A DNA stretch of 62,764 nt from a virus (Duplodnaviria > Caudoviricetes). The translations under genes and the position numbers were made by a program. Below, in pieces: positions 27,269-36,157 of this stretch. The stretch covers positions 1 through 62,764 of the IMG/VR virus record IMGVR_UViG_3300003868_000001, one strand, 5' to 3'. A model generated the notes under the pieces. That model ran no database searches and had not been told where the DNA came from. It saw only the letters and a list, made by a program, of their open reading frames with translations. How positions within the stretch are numbered: position 1 is the first letter of the stretch; every line of letters begins with the position of its first letter.

Positions 27269-27582
27269 AGGTTAAGTTCCTTTATCCGTTTTCCGCACCA
27301 GAAGAACCAGCAGTTGCTGACCTTCCCCATCACCAGCGCCGTTCCGCCCAAACGAGCGCGGCGGTACAGCCAGACTTGCTGTTCTTTGGATAGCGGGTGT
27401 GGAAATATCACCGGCCTTGTGTCCGCGTTCACCGGCCATGCCTTCATCGCTTTGCATTCGATCCAACCTCCTATGAAATTCACATCAGGGATACCGATCC
27501 CAGTTCTTGGGGACTCGATAGAGACACCGTCTAGAGGAGCCAACCTTGCGAGTAGGGTTGACTTTGCGCTGCCTTCTGACAT
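27157..27582 (-). CDS. PD-(D/E)xK nuclease (Holliday junction resolvase/VRR-NUC-like)
   Basis: GIPD...WIECK...LSKEQ..W. Confidence 0.75.
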   Translation of the reverse strand: MSEGSAKSTLLARLAPLDGVSIESPRTGIGIPDVNFIGGWIECKAMKAWPVNADTRPVIFPHPLSKEQQVWLYRRARLGGTALVMGKVSNCWFFWCGKRIKELNLWDNMTRPQMYQHAAIVFEGKLDGPKLISFLKSFKPT

Positions 27583-27612
27583 GATTGCTCCGAGTGGCGG
27601 GGTTGGCTTTTA

Positions 27613-27641
27613 ACCATACCCCGCCGACAAAGCAGTGACAA
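27613..27641 (-). promoter_or_regulatory. sigma70-like promoter
   Basis: TTGTCA-N17-TATGGT. Confidence 0.65.
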
Positions 27642-27643
27642 GT

Positions 27644-28117
27644 TCAACCTTTCTCGAGGATCGGCCGGACTGGTCCTCTTTTCTGGTTCTGATACTTGCC
27701 GTCGTAGGCAACAGAAGCAGGCTCGTCAAGGAAATGGAACACGATCTGAGCGATAGGATCACCACGGCGAATGAGGACAGGTTCCTTGCTGTGGTTGGTG
27801 ATTTCCAGTGTGAGATACCCACACCATCCAGGCTCGATCACCGTGTTCTGAACTGCAACTCCGAGACGAGCCCAAGTGGACTTGTCATGAACGATGCCGA
27901 GAACATGCTTTGGCATGACAAACCGTTCGATCGTCGATGCGAGAATGAAGTCTCCAGGATACAAGGTCCACCTTGGTTCAAGACCTTCCTCGTCGAACTC
28001 CACCCGCACGTCGTAGCCAGCGGGACCTACGCCGTAGGTCATGCCGTTGTGTTTGGTCCGCTCAGAGAAAGGCTCGAAGATACCCAGCTTGCGGATCGTG
28101 TTGCCAGATGCGATCAT
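27644..28117 (-). CDS. dcd: dCTP deaminase
   Basis: AGYDVR, KSTWARLG, IEPGW.GYLTLE, IAQ..F, YDGKYQNQ. Confidence 0.88.
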   Translation of the reverse strand: MIASGNTIRKLGIFEPFSERTKHNGMTYGVGPAGYDVRVEFDEEGLEPRWTLYPGDFILASTIERFVMPKHVLGIVHDKSTWARLGVAVQNTVIEPGWCGYLTLEITNHSKEPVLIRRGDPIAQIVFHFLDEPASVAYDGKYQNQKRGPVRPILEKG

Positions 28118-28118
28118 G

Positions 28119-28826
28119 TCAGTCCCTCCGGTACGTCGCAAGAGTTTGCCACAGATTGTCTGCAATCGTAGGCTCACGAACAGCACGGAACCCAAGGGAC
28201 ATCATGAAGTCATGAAGGTCCTGTGCCTTGGCCGTGCCGAAACCGCTGATATGCAACTCCAGAGCAACCTGCTCCAGATTGGTGTTCGCCATCAGCCGAT
28301 CGAAGAACTCATACTCAGCACCCTCACAGTCGATCTTGGCGACCTGCATGTTGGGATACAACCCGACCAGAGTGTCGACCGAAATAGCGTTGATCTTGGT
28401 AGTAGAGCGGCCACGGCGGAACGTCGTCGACGAGTTTCCGGGGTTCTTGCCAGTGGTGCTGAGATAGAGTTCCATCTCACCATCATGCTTGCTGGTCAGC
28501 GCCGCGTTGTGCAACGACACACGGTCGTGGAAGCCAGCGGTGTTCAGGTCGAGCATCGCATAGTTGTTCGGTTCCGGCTCCAGCGAGATCACCTGAGCAG
28601 CACCCTTCTCCAGAGCCATCTTCGTGAAGCAGCCGATGTTCGCCCCGATGTCCAGCACGATTTTGCCTTCGCATTCAAGCAGGCCGTAGGACTTGTTGAT
28701 CTCTTTTTGCACATACTGATCGTAAGTTCCAACGCGTCCTTTCATTGGGCCGAGGAAACCTTTTGCAGTGATGTCTATGAGTTCGCGCTCTTCGAACTCA
28801 CCATTCACAATTACACCATATTTCAT
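28119..28826 (-). CDS. FkbM-family SAM-dependent methyltransferase
   Basis: VLDIGANIG, LEPEP.N, KIDCEGAE. Confidence 0.9.
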   Translation of the reverse strand: MKYGVIVNGEFEERELIDITAKGFLGPMKGRVGTYDQYVQKEINKSYGLLECEGKIVLDIGANIGCFTKMALEKGAAQVISLEPEPNNYAMLDLNTAGFHDRVSLHNAALTSKHDGEMELYLSTTGKNPGNSSTTFRRGRSTTKINAISVDTLVGLYPNMQVAKIDCEGAEYEFFDRLMANTNLEQVALELHISGFGTAKAQDLHDFMMSLGFRAVREPTIADNLWQTLATYRRD

Positions 28827-29239
28827 GATCTTCTCTCCATTCTTTGTTTAACGTCGCCACCTATGAAATGATCAAGAATATTATCTGATCTTGTCGACCA
28901 AACAACATGTCTCGGATTCACACATAGCCTGTTATCGCACAGATGTGCTGGTTCACTCTTAAGAACTGTTTGTTCTCCAGAAGCTATTATTCGATGAACG
29001 TACTGACTTCCTGTCCAAGCATATCCGTTACATTTTCCATAAGGCCAGATAATACAATCATCAGTTTCAGATTGTTTTGCTGACTTGATGAATTCAGAAA
29101 TTTGTTCTCCTGTAGCATATTTCTTAGTCATGTAAAGAGGATCACCATGACGAGACCATTTGTTGTAGTGAGACAAACACCAGCCAGTTCTCTTATTGAT
29201 CACTGGCTTGTCACAACCATCTATGGAGCATGTCAACAT
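28823..29239 (-). CDS. HNH homing endonuclease
   Basis: CSIDGC...C.SHY..W.RHGDP; DDCIIWP; HR...H.CDNRLCVNPRH...N; AT-rich. Confidence 0.85.
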   Translation of the reverse strand: MLTCSIDGCDKPVINKRTGWCLSHYNKWSRHGDPLYMTKKYATGEQISEFIKSAKQSETDDCIIWPYGKCNGYAWTGSQYVHRIIASGEQTVLKSEPAHLCDNRLCVNPRHVVWSTRSDNILDHFIGGDVKQRMERRS

Positions 29240-31296
29240 TTGCTGATCTCTCCCCAGCTTGGCCCTGTCTCAGTGTCCACGTTGAAAGGAACGTAGGGTG
29301 TGCAGCGATCTTTGACACAGTCCATCATGATCTTGCCAGCAGCTTTCGCTTCTGCAACACTACCGAACGTGCCGTCAGTCTCGTCGTGAACCTGCAACTG
29401 GATGAAGTAACCAGCACGATCAAGTTCGCACAGAGCCAGCTTTGTCTGGTCAGCAGAGGAGCCTTGGATGATCCGGTTCAGCGCCTTGTGCGTGTAGTCA
29501 AAGGTTCCGTCATCACGACGCTCGAAGTTCAACCTGCGGCCAAAGATTGTGGTGACGAAGCCGCGTGCCTCAGCTCGCTTGGTCGCTTCTTTCGCCAGCT
29601 TTCCAACATAAGGAACAGTCTGGTCGAAGTTGTCGATGATGTCCTGTCCTTCAGCACCCGCTGTCTCGCGGACATAGCCGCGTTGCAGTTCCATCTTGTA
29701 GGCCATCGCCTCTCTTTGGGTGTCAAAGTACTCAGTGCGCTTGTTCTCAGCCCAACCGTATGTCACCATCCAACGAGTGGGTTTCTTGATATCGTGGCAG
29801 AGTTTGGCACCGCCTTCACCATAGCACAGCCCAAGGAAGATGTTCTTGGAATACCCACGGTTCACCTTGTAGTCGCTGGTTCCGTTGGCGAGCCAAGCAT
29901 CAACCTTAGCATCACCATGAATGAGACGTGTCATCATATCATGGTTGTCTGTGGTCGGGTCGTCCATGTAACGCTGCGCTGCCTCTCTTGCACGAGGCAG
30001 GTTCATCACGGCGGCGAAGTGTGTCGTCCAACGTGGCTCTTGCTGAGAATAGTCGTTACACCCCCAGATACCACCATCCTCAGGAACAAATATCTTTCGC
30101 CATTCACCTGCAATATCCGGATCACGGTCTGGGGAGGGTTGTTGCTGCATGTTCGGGTGAGTCGCAGAAAGCCTGCCGTAGCGAACACCTTTCTGGTCAC
30201 CCTGCTCATCCTCTCTTGCGATCTGATGGAACTGGCAGTGCATCCGTCCATTCACAGAGTACTTGCGAATGCTTTCAGCGAACGTGGTTCTGATCTTGTT
30301 GACCTTGCGTGCCCTGAGAATAGCTTCGCAGACTGGATGGTCATTTCCGCCCAAGAGGAAGCGGTCAATTTGCGGAGCGCCTGTGCTGGTCTTCTGCAGA
30401 CGAATGCCGATAGCTTCCAGAGCAGGAGCCAAGGCTCCAGGCTTCCACACGTCTCCGAAAGCAACCTTCACACCTGTCTGGTGACGGATGAGATCGAGCG
30501 CAGCCTGCTCTTCTCTTTGGGACCAACGCTCAATCTCGCCCAGCTTGTCAAAGTCGATCTTCACACCACGGCGGCGCATACGAACAAGAACAGGAAGCGT
30601 TCTGGTCTCAAGGTCCCAGATCTCACGCAGCCCTTCGTCGTCAATCACCTTCTCCTGTCGGCGCAGCAATTCCAGAGGCGACGCAACGTCTTGCTCTGCA
30701 TACTCTCCAACGTACCGACCAGGAAGCCGCCACAGACCAGCCTTGGGGTCCAGCCCAAAGGAACGAGCAGCTTCCATGAGGACGGCTTCGTCCTTGGCCT
30801 CGATACCATACCGATCGCCGATAGCTTTCAGCGAATAGTTCATGTGCAGTTCGTAGATCAGCGGGTCAGCAATTTGGACGTCACGAAACTTAGCGTCGGC
30901 GTGCCATTCGAAACCGTCGTTATAGCCGTAGTCAACATCATACGCGAGGTTAGCACCAACGAATTCACCATCAAATCCCTTGATCTGGTCTCTGAGGTAG
31001 GCAAGAACTCCTTCAACAGGGAGATTATCACCTCCTTCATGACGGAACGGAAGATAGTGCTTAGGTCCTCCATCGATAGCGAACCCCCAGCCGACAGTGT
31101 ATCCATCTCGGAGCGAACCTGATCCCATTTGGTTTCCGATTGATGGGTCTCTGGTTTCGGCGTCGATTGCAATTCGTTTTGCTCCTTGCCACGAAGGTAG
31201 ATCGGACAAGGAAGGCGGCGACCACTTGGCTTCGGGTGTGAAGAACCCAAGCTGGAGCGGGCCTCCCTTATTGGGATTGGACTTTGTTCTTATCAC
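29233..31296 (-). CDS. Family A DNA polymerase with 3'-5' exonuclease
   Basis: DAET exo motif; DYSQQEPR, K...LG..YG (Leu at the 762-equivalent), QVHDE. Confidence 0.95.
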   Translation of the reverse strand: MIRTKSNPNKGGPLQLGFFTPEAKWSPPSLSDLPSWQGAKRIAIDAETRDPSIGNQMGSGSLRDGYTVGWGFAIDGGPKHYLPFRHEGGDNLPVEGVLAYLRDQIKGFDGEFVGANLAYDVDYGYNDGFEWHADAKFRDVQIADPLIYELHMNYSLKAIGDRYGIEAKDEAVLMEAARSFGLDPKAGLWRLPGRYVGEYAEQDVASPLELLRRQEKVIDDEGLREIWDLETRTLPVLVRMRRRGVKIDFDKLGEIERWSQREEQAALDLIRHQTGVKVAFGDVWKPGALAPALEAIGIRLQKTSTGAPQIDRFLLGGNDHPVCEAILRARKVNKIRTTFAESIRKYSVNGRMHCQFHQIAREDEQGDQKGVRYGRLSATHPNMQQQPSPDRDPDIAGEWRKIFVPEDGGIWGCNDYSQQEPRWTTHFAAVMNLPRAREAAQRYMDDPTTDNHDMMTRLIHGDAKVDAWLANGTSDYKVNRGYSKNIFLGLCYGEGGAKLCHDIKKPTRWMVTYGWAENKRTEYFDTQREAMAYKMELQRGYVRETAGAEGQDIIDNFDQTVPYVGKLAKEATKRAEARGFVTTIFGRRLNFERRDDGTFDYTHKALNRIIQGSSADQTKLALCELDRAGYFIQLQVHDETDGTFGSVAEAKAAGKIMMDCVKDRCTPYVPFNVDTETGPSWGEISKC

Positions 31297-31447
31297 GGTT
31301 CTTCCTTTTTACTCGCAGCAGCAGCTTGAGACTCATGATCGATGTTTCTTCAGAGTCACCAGAGCCATGACAGTTTGGAAACTCTCCACCCAGAAGGGTG
31401 GAGATGAACTTTCCTGTGAACACGCATTGGTAGATGCTGACATTCAT
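31268..31447 (-). CDS. Small protein (59 aa), HicB-N-like
   Basis: Manual translation MNVSIYQCVFTGKFISTLLGGEFPNCHGSGDSEETSIMSLKLL...; ATGA-coupled. Confidence 0.45.
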   Translation of the reverse strand: MNVSIYQCVFTGKFISTLLGGEFPNCHGSGDSEETSIMSLKLLLRVKRKNRDKNKVQSQ

Positions 31448-32097
31448 CCTTGAATTGGTCCTTCCGACCAGTCATCGTAGCCAAACGGGTGTTCCATGCC
31501 GTCGACTGCCTTATTGTGAGGCTCTGTGGACGTGTTGGTTGGCGCGGCCTGCCCCATAGTACCACCAGCCGCACCACAGGGCAGGGCAGGGGCAGGCGTT
31601 GCGCCCTTGGCAGCACCTACCCCACCCGCCGCACCAGCACCAGCCTCCAGCGCCTTCTGAGCGTTCGCAATAATGTTGTCCAACAGCCGCAAAGCAAACT
31701 CCAGCTGCTGAGTGCTTTGCCAGTCCGAGAGAATGCAGCAGAACTGATACTCCAGGTCAGGCAGGTTGTTGGCTTTCTTGAAGCGAGCGTTCAGTTCGTC
31801 GATGTTGTCCGGCGGCTCGATCGACAACGCATAGACTGCGTCATAGTTGGTGATCATCTTCAAGACATAGGTGCGAGCCTTCGCCAAGTCTTGCAGGCCG
31901 TTTTTCTTCCACCACCGCGAGACGTACTTCGTGGCGCAGCCTTCCAGATAACCGAGGCCAGCCTCGATCACCCAGTCCCAGTGCTGATACTCGGCCTGAT
32001 AGTGTTCGCCACCTTCTTGGGCTACGAACTTGATGTTCTTGCACAGACACATCTTCTTGTCATGGCCGCAGGTGTCACAGTTCGTGTTGCCCATCAT
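31444..32097 (-). CDS. DUF3310 (SaV-like) protein with low-complexity tail
   Basis: QEGGEHY...QHWD...LGYLEG.A.KY.SRW.KKNG..DL.KA..Y. Confidence 0.8.
   Translation of the reverse strand: MMGNTNCDTCGHDKKMCLCKNIKFVAQEGGEHYQAEYQHWDWVIEAGLGYLEGCATKYVSRWWKKNGLQDLAKARTYVLKMITNYDAVYALSIEPPDNIDELNARFKKANNLPDLEYQFCCILSDWQSTQQLEFALRLLDNIIANAQKALEAGAGAAGGVGAAKGATPAPALPCGAAGGTMGQAAPTNTSTEPHNKAVDGMEHPFGYDDWSEGPIQG
31524..31633. repeat. 110-bp dispersed element, copy 1
   Basis: Ungapped alignment with 46196-46305; four identical blocks. Confidence 0.85.
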
Positions 32098-32648
32098 TCT
32101 GCTCCTGCATCCGGAAGGTAGTGCCACGAATGATCTTTGATGAGGTAGTACACATCAATGATCGCTTCGGGATACTTGTGACGATACTTGAGCATGTAGT
32201 TCTCTACCGCCAGACGCTTCGTTTCCATGTTGCGGTTGCCCAACATGAGCTGATCACGGACATAGCAGTAGAACTCGAGCATGTCCAGCCCATGAAGCCA
32301 CTTCACTTCGTGTTCGTTCAGGTCCTGGATCGCGTCGTGTCCAAAGACCTGTTCGTTCATGTGCATCTCGATCTGCATCTGAACGTCGTTGTTCTGCACC
32401 CCGGCTTTCTTGGCGGGATGAGGCATGTCACCGGTGAGACGTTCCGGAATGTCGTGCTGCACCACGGCACGAATGAGCGAACCAGAAGCTGTCGGGTTCA
32501 AGATCAACAGCATCGTCAGCATGTTGAAGGTGTGCATCCCAACAGAGTGGGAGCCGATGCCTGGAGAAGCGTGGGTCCGTTCGACCCGCGCCCCTTCCCG
32601 AGCAAACTTGATGCGTTGAACAACGTCCTCAAGAAAATATTCCATCAT
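32094..32648 (-). CDS. HD-domain nucleotide phosphohydrolase (YfbR-like)
   Basis: R.H...HSVGMH...HDIPE..TGD.P...D.LE. Confidence 0.85.
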   Translation of the reverse strand: MMEYFLEDVVQRIKFAREGARVERTHASPGIGSHSVGMHTFNMLTMLLILNPTASGSLIRAVVQHDIPERLTGDMPHPAKKAGVQNNDVQMQIEMHMNEQVFGHDAIQDLNEHEVKWLHGLDMLEFYCYVRDQLMLGNRNMETKRLAVENYMLKYRHKYPEAIIDVYYLIKDHSWHYLPDAGAE

Positions 32649-33667
32649 GCTCTCCGTGCCAACCATTCAACGCAAGCGCGGCTCCAGTCAGGAGCGGCGA
32701 TCTGCTGCGCGAGAACCATGGCTTTCGCCACCCGCGCAGGGTCTTCCTTGTCTTTCCAGGCCATCCAAGACTGGTACATCGGCACCACCGTCTTCTTGAA
32801 AAACTTGTCCTGGAAGCCCATCACCGCACCTTGGGTCATGAACATGTCCAGGTCCTGGAACCACGCCTCGATTGGGCCGTTGACGATCGGCGTCGCACGC
32901 ACTTCGCCCAAAGAGTACGGGTCCATCCCTGGAGCGTGCTGGGTCACGTTGCCGTGCTTGTCCAGAGTGTTGTGATAGGCGTGAAAGTTGGTGCTGATCT
33001 GTTCGTAGATGCCCATCGGCACGCCGACCCACGCAGACATCACTTCCTGCAACACCGAGAAGTGAACGGCATTCGCACCGTAGGCACCCCAGATCATGTC
33101 GTTGCTGCGATTGAAGACGTACATGTCCAGCTTGCCATAGGGGCTGATGCGGAACGTGCAGATCAGGTTGCAGGGAAAATCCTTGCCGTCCATGCCGAGG
33201 TCAGCAGAAGCGTCCCACATCTGAAGAACGATACGACGGTCGTCGGGGTTCTTCTTGAGCAGGGTGGCAATGGTTGCAAGCTGATCGATACCGCCGATCT
33301 CGAAGCCGCCGTCGCTGTGCTGGATAGTCGCTTCGAAGTGAACCCTCCAGCGATAGCCATAGGCACCATGGAAGTTCACGCCGTCGTCAGTGTAGTTGGC
33401 AATGCTGCCAGCGAACTGAGAGACCCACGCCACATCACGACGACCAGCCAGCATCCACAGGCTTTCCATGAAATGAAAGTAGGGATTGGCATCGCGTTCC
33501 GGATAGAACAGAACACGTTCTTCAGGATGAGCATAGGTGGTCGTCACAGACCCCGGAAAGAGCGTGACAGGGCCGTTGCGAGAGTCGCGATTAACACCTT
33601 CAGCTTTCAGCGCTTGAAGCCCAAGGAGAAGGGCTTCGCTGACATTGCGGGCAGAGATAACTTTCAT
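32645..33667 (-). CDS. Thymidylate synthase homologue, probable dUMP hydroxymethylase
   Basis: SRNG, ANPYFH..E..W, YGYRW, DFPCN, RSND..WG..GAN; Asn rather than the Asp of T4 gp42 at the specificity position; flanked by hmU-modification genes. Confidence 0.8.
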   Translation of the reverse strand: MKVISARNVSEALLLGLQALKAEGVNRDSRNGPVTLFPGSVTTTYAHPEERVLFYPERDANPYFHFMESLWMLAGRRDVAWVSQFAGSIANYTDDGVNFHGAYGYRWRVHFEATIQHSDGGFEIGGIDQLATIATLLKKNPDDRRIVLQMWDASADLGMDGKDFPCNLICTFRISPYGKLDMYVFNRSNDMIWGAYGANAVHFSVLQEVMSAWVGVPMGIYEQISTNFHAYHNTLDKHGNVTQHAPGMDPYSLGEVRATPIVNGPIEAWFQDLDMFMTQGAVMGFQDKFFKKTVVPMYQSWMAWKDKEDPARVAKAMVLAQQIAAPDWSRACVEWLARRA

Positions 33668-34950
33668 GCGAGAACTCCATATTGATCGAACATCAGATCT
33701 TCGTATTTCTTTCTGACGCCGGGGTCGTCTACCCCTGTTTCGGTTACGATGTTGCCGTGGGCAAGATCGATGAGACGCTGCGCGACCGCGACACGGTCGA
33801 ACATGGGAAGGATTTGCCGAGCCTGATCACGATAGATCATGGCTTGGTTGCGATCCATATTGCCAGCTTCCAGGACGATCTCGGCATAGTGTTCGGGATC
33901 ACCATTGGCAACGCCGAGATCGATGTAGTGCTGTCCGGCGACGAACAGTTCGTTGCCCATACCACGAGTCTGTGCGACAGGAACGCAGCCGTTGATCATG
34001 GCGTCCACGACGACACGGTTCCAGTGGCCTCCGACCGCAGAGTACTTCGCCGACCACGAAGGGTCAACCAGAACTCGGGCGCTGGTCAGCATTTCCAGAA
34101 CCTGCTCGCTGTTCCAGTAATCGTGATGGGTCATGCCGTTGGTCTCAGCAGCTTCCCAGAACTTCATCGATGAGAACCAGTCATCGTTTTGATCGTGGAA
34201 ATAGTTCGGCTTGCACTTGTCTTCGCTGGTCATGTACTGATATTCGATACCCTTGCCAGCGATCTCACGCAGTTCTTCAGGATGCTTGTCGGGCATGTAA
34301 GCGATTGCTTCCACCAGTTCGTGGACATGCTTCCAAGCCTTGAAGGTTTGCATGTTGACGAAACCTTTCCGCTTGTTCTCCCACGGCTGGATATCGCGGA
34401 TAGGCATGAACTGCGGGTTGACCACCATCGCCCGAGGGATAGCAAGGTGAGCGGCACCGTTCAAGGCACAGGCATGGACGCAGGCCAGCCCAGACAGCTT
34501 GTCCAGGATATGCAGCAGATGCGGCGCACCGGACTTGACGTTGCCGTCATGAACGAAGGCGATCTGCTTCACATTTGGGTTGAGGTCGTAGAGATCTGGC
34601 CAGCGGTCGTTGCCGAGATGTTGCTTGTTCTTGGGCGGGACAGGCACGGTCCAGATAACCATGTCGTAGCCATTCAGGATTTGGATTGCAGTCCTGAGAC
34701 CTGCGGTCGTCTTGTAAGCCAGCCGGTTCTCGGCTTTGAAGTTCCAGCCTTTGCCTTGGTTGAACCGGATGCCACTGTGACCAATTTCGAAGTCACCGTC
34801 TTTGCCCATCGTGGCCGCTCGATCGGCGTACACCAGTTCTTTGAGATCGACTTTGTGGCCTAGTTCTTTCAAGCCGCCGATCAACTGTTCTGTGTGATTG
34901 ATAATGCCCCCGAGGTCCATGCAGGAATGGAGGGCAACACATATTTTCAT
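33664..34950 (-). CDS. GT-B (GT4-like) glycosyltransferase, putative DNA-modifying
   Basis: GGII.H...L..GLKELGH.V N-terminus; VLVDPS...VVVDAM.NGCVPV C-terminus; ATGA-coupled to hydroxymethylase. Confidence 0.8.
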   Translation of the reverse strand: MKICVALHSCMDLGGIINHTEQLIGGLKELGHKVDLKELVYADRAATMGKDGDFEIGHSGIRFNQGKGWNFKAENRLAYKTTAGLRTAIQILNGYDMVIWTVPVPPKNKQHLGNDRWPDLYDLNPNVKQIAFVHDGNVKSGAPHLLHILDKLSGLACVHACALNGAAHLAIPRAMVVNPQFMPIRDIQPWENKRKGFVNMQTFKAWKHVHELVEAIAYMPDKHPEELREIAGKGIEYQYMTSEDKCKPNYFHDQNDDWFSSMKFWEAAETNGMTHHDYWNSEQVLEMLTSARVLVDPSWSAKYSAVGGHWNRVVVDAMINGCVPVAQTRGMGNELFVAGQHYIDLGVANGDPEHYAEIVLEAGNMDRNQAMIYRDQARQILPMFDRVAVAQRLIDLAHGNIVTETGVDDPGVRKKYEDLMFDQYGVLA

Positions 34951-34979
34951 GTCCAAGGCTCCCATGTGCGGTATAAACC

Positions 34980-35008
34980 ACCTTAGCCCTGGACGTGGCA
35001 AAAGACAA
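34980..35008 (-). promoter_or_regulatory. Promoter of GT-hydroxymethylase-PolA operon
   Basis: TTGTCT-N17-TAAGGT. Confidence 0.65.
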
Positions 35009-35012
35009 GTGC

Positions 35013-35246
35013 TTACTTGTCTGAGTCGCGGTCGTTATTTAATGACATGCCCTTGCCGATGATGATTGCAATAGCAAGGAAGGGGCCGAAGCCTGACAGC
35101 AGAAACATAAAGAAGGCTTCTTCTGGACTGACTTTCTGCTTCTTTCCATCAACCAGTTGGCGGTCATACCATGTGATGAAAACGTAAAACCAGACCGCCC
35201 ACCAAAGGGCGATCCAGAACCAGTTGCTGATGATCCAGTTGATCAT
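35013..35246 (-). CDS. Small membrane protein
   Basis: Two hydrophobic helices; coupled to upstream gene. Confidence 0.55.
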   Translation of the reverse strand: MINWIISNWFWIALWWAVWFYVFITWYDRQLVDGKKQKVSPEEAFFMFLLSGFGPFLAIAIIIGKGMSLNNDRDSDK

Positions 35247-36154
35247 TTGATCCGATACCTCGATCTCGGTTTGCCCTGCAGAAGACGGACACGTTCATAC
35301 TTGTCGAACTCACAGAGCGCGAATTGTATGTCGGTCGGTGCCAGCTTGAACGGGTGTGCGAACCACGCACTCTGATTGATGTACAGATCTTGAATGACCT
35401 GTCCAGCATGAGCCTCTTTCAAGGATGACTGGTCAGTCAAACCCAAGACACGAGCAGCACCGCGCAGAGCGCCCGGTCCGATCGGCGTCCATTCCCACCA
35501 GTCTCTTGGGTAAGAGAAGGTGCCGTCCTCCGGGCTTTCAAACACGCTGTTCCAGAAGCCAGTGTAGGTCGTGTCCAGGAGAACTTCCTTGGTCATGAAC
35601 CCTGTGCCGCCGAAGCCCATGAGAGTTCGCATGGAGGTCGCGACTTTCTCCCAGCTTTGGGATACAGTTGCGAGTTGGATCAGGTTCGGCGTTGCCGCGT
35701 GCAAACCCTTGAGAAATATATCCACCACGACCTCTTGCTTCGGGGCGGAGATTCCTTGATTTGTGATGACATATGCGCCTGTGAACACTCTCTCGCCGTC
35801 GGCCAGTCTGTCCGCCGCGAGATCTTTGATGCCATCAAAATCGAAGTCCTCATAGTCTTGCCACCCCACTGCTTCTGCAAATTCCCAAGTGCCGAAGTAT
35901 CTGAATAGCGCGCAGTTCATGAGAACTGAACGGCGGTCATCATGGAAATTCTTCCCGTAGAAAAGCTTCCTCAGCTGATCGCTGGTCCGGTCGTGATGCC
36001 GCCGGACGTTTGTGAACTTATAGGTTTGAAGGATAGGATCTTCGGTCCAAGCCTTGACATCAAACCCAACGGAAAGGCCCGCCTCCTTCCGGAGACGGAC
36101 CTCTTCGCGTTCGTTGAGGTAATCGAAGAACGCTGGTGCTTTGAGCAGTTCCAC
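35243..36154 (-). CDS. aGPT-Pplase1 / 5-hmdU DNA kinase-like protein
   Basis: ER...R......WT.DPIL..YKFTNV.R..DRTS; GPGA.RG; LCEFDKY.R signatures. Confidence 0.8.
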   Translation of the reverse strand: MELLKAPAFFDYLNEREEVRLRKEAGLSVGFDVKAWTEDPILQTYKFTNVRRHHDRTSDQLRKLFYGKNFHDDRRSVLMNCALFRYFGTWEFAEAVGWQDYEDFDFDGIKDLAADRLADGERVFTGAYVITNQGISAPKQEVVVDIFLKGLHAATPNLIQLATVSQSWEKVATSMRTLMGFGGTGFMTKEVLLDTTYTGFWNSVFESPEDGTFSYPRDWWEWTPIGPGALRGAARVLGLTDQSSLKEAHAGQVIQDLYINQSAWFAHPFKLAPTDIQFALCEFDKYERVRLLQGKPRSRYRIK

Positions 36155-36157
36155 CGA

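Noticed and set aside
32645-33667. dCMP hydroxymethylase with T4-like glucosyl-hmC
   Set aside because: Specificity position aligns to Asn, and a dCTP deaminase and an hmU-kinase-like gene are present; the alignment needs a one-residue gap, so this is not fully excluded
27644-36154. 7-deazaguanine modification or adenine methylation as the cause of GA avoidance
   Set aside because: No dpdA, folE, queC/D/E or DNA adenine methyltransferase recognised; the encoded enzymes point to hmU
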